Positions 62,909-64,000 of a DNA stretch of 64,000 bases are shown piece after piece. The number at the start of each line of letters is the position of its first letter. Position 1 is the stretch's first letter. The notes under the pieces are model-generated. The model saw nothing but the letters and a program-made list of their open reading frames with translations. It had not been told where the DNA came from and did not search any database. The translations under genes were made by a program, and so were the position numbers. The DNA is from Eledone cirrhosa (lineage: Eukaryota). Where the stretch lies: positions 1,488,001 to 1,552,000 of the forward strand of contig OZ024753.1 of assembly GCA_964016885.1 (NCBI GenBank), read 5' to 3'.

Positions 62909-64000
62909 ATATATATATATATATATATATTACACTCTGTATAGCTCTACACCTCGACACAGAAGTGAACCTAAACGTCGAGTGCTCACCCAGGTGAACC
63001 TACAGTAACTCAAAGTTACACTTCCTAGATATATTTATATATATATTAACTGTAGCTATTTCTGTTGTCTTGTTGAAGCAAAATTCAAGATGATGGTGTG
63101 ACATGTAATTTATCATCATTACTGGTGGTCTGTATGTTACCCCAAACATAGTAAATATGCCACACTCTGTCTATAGGTCAATATTAGTTCTGTTTTTGTA
63201 TTCATTATTGGTGTTGGTAGTTTATGGTATTATATATCATAAACTTAAGTTGCACCTTTGTTATTTATCACTCTATTGGGCGGCCCTATCTAACATAGAC
63301 CATGCAAAGTCGACAGGATCATGCCTATCTTTCTTTTGCCAAATGTACTTCGTAAGCGGCGTAGTGTTTCCTGTATGATGAATGTTGAAAGACTTCATTT
63401 GTTGGTATAGCCGGCTGTTAAAGGAATTTTTTTGGTACTTTATTTTGTCAACCGCAGAGGCAGACCTGCCACACGGGGAGTGCCAATGAAAAAAAATGCC
63501 CCCCCCCCCCACCACAAGCAGGGAGAAATGAGGCAAAGAAAGCTATACCCATTTTCACAAGAGTAGACATATCCCACCCATCACAAACTGGGTGGGAGAT
63601 CTCCCCGTCCGGCGGGGAGAGTTGACACGTCTGGCAAAGTTAACTATAGCGGGATTGGAACTGTCAAGAACAAAGGCAGTTTAACCAACGCCTTACCAAT
63701 TCTAGCAGCGTTCAATTCTTCAATTGTTCAATATATTGACCATGAAGTGTATACGCAGTTAATAGATCAACAACATTTCCCACTTAGCTATTATATGTTA
63801 CGATGTTCTGATGCGTCAGTAGAAATTATGTTTGATGTATTAAACACTCGGAGATGTTGTATAGCTGTACAGCTATATATAGTTGTATAACGTATAGCTG
63901 TATAACTATATACAGCTGTATAGCTGAATAATTGTATGATTGATACGTGGCATTATTATTAACACAGCGTTATCTTCGCTGTTATCATGTATCTTTTGCT

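Overview
AT-rich, microsatellite-dense eukaryotic DNA. The repeat content suggests an octopus-like cephalopod; this is an inference. Only two host genes are visible, and they converge: the last two exons of a kelch-repeat gene (+, 237-998) and the terminal coding exon of a class A peptide-type GPCR (-, 24086-24797). The GPCR's upstream exon was not found, so most of 24.8-64 kb is probably one large intron. The rest is tRNA-derived SINEs, decayed mariner, CRE-like, RTE, R4-like and Helitron fragments, and kb-long (TA)n-derived arrays. Almost all long ORFs in the supplied track are microsatellite artefacts. The main unexplained signal is a dense set of short cassettes embedded in (TA)n. Many carry type I hammerhead-ribozyme folds: six have a complete CUGANGA/GAAA/UH core, and more are degenerate or half copies. 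They share the polarity hammerhead > short tail > (TA)n and often form fold-back inverted repeats. This looks like a multi-family, TA-targeted, Penelope/retrozyme-like mini-element system. All folds were assigned by eye and ribozyme activity is untested.
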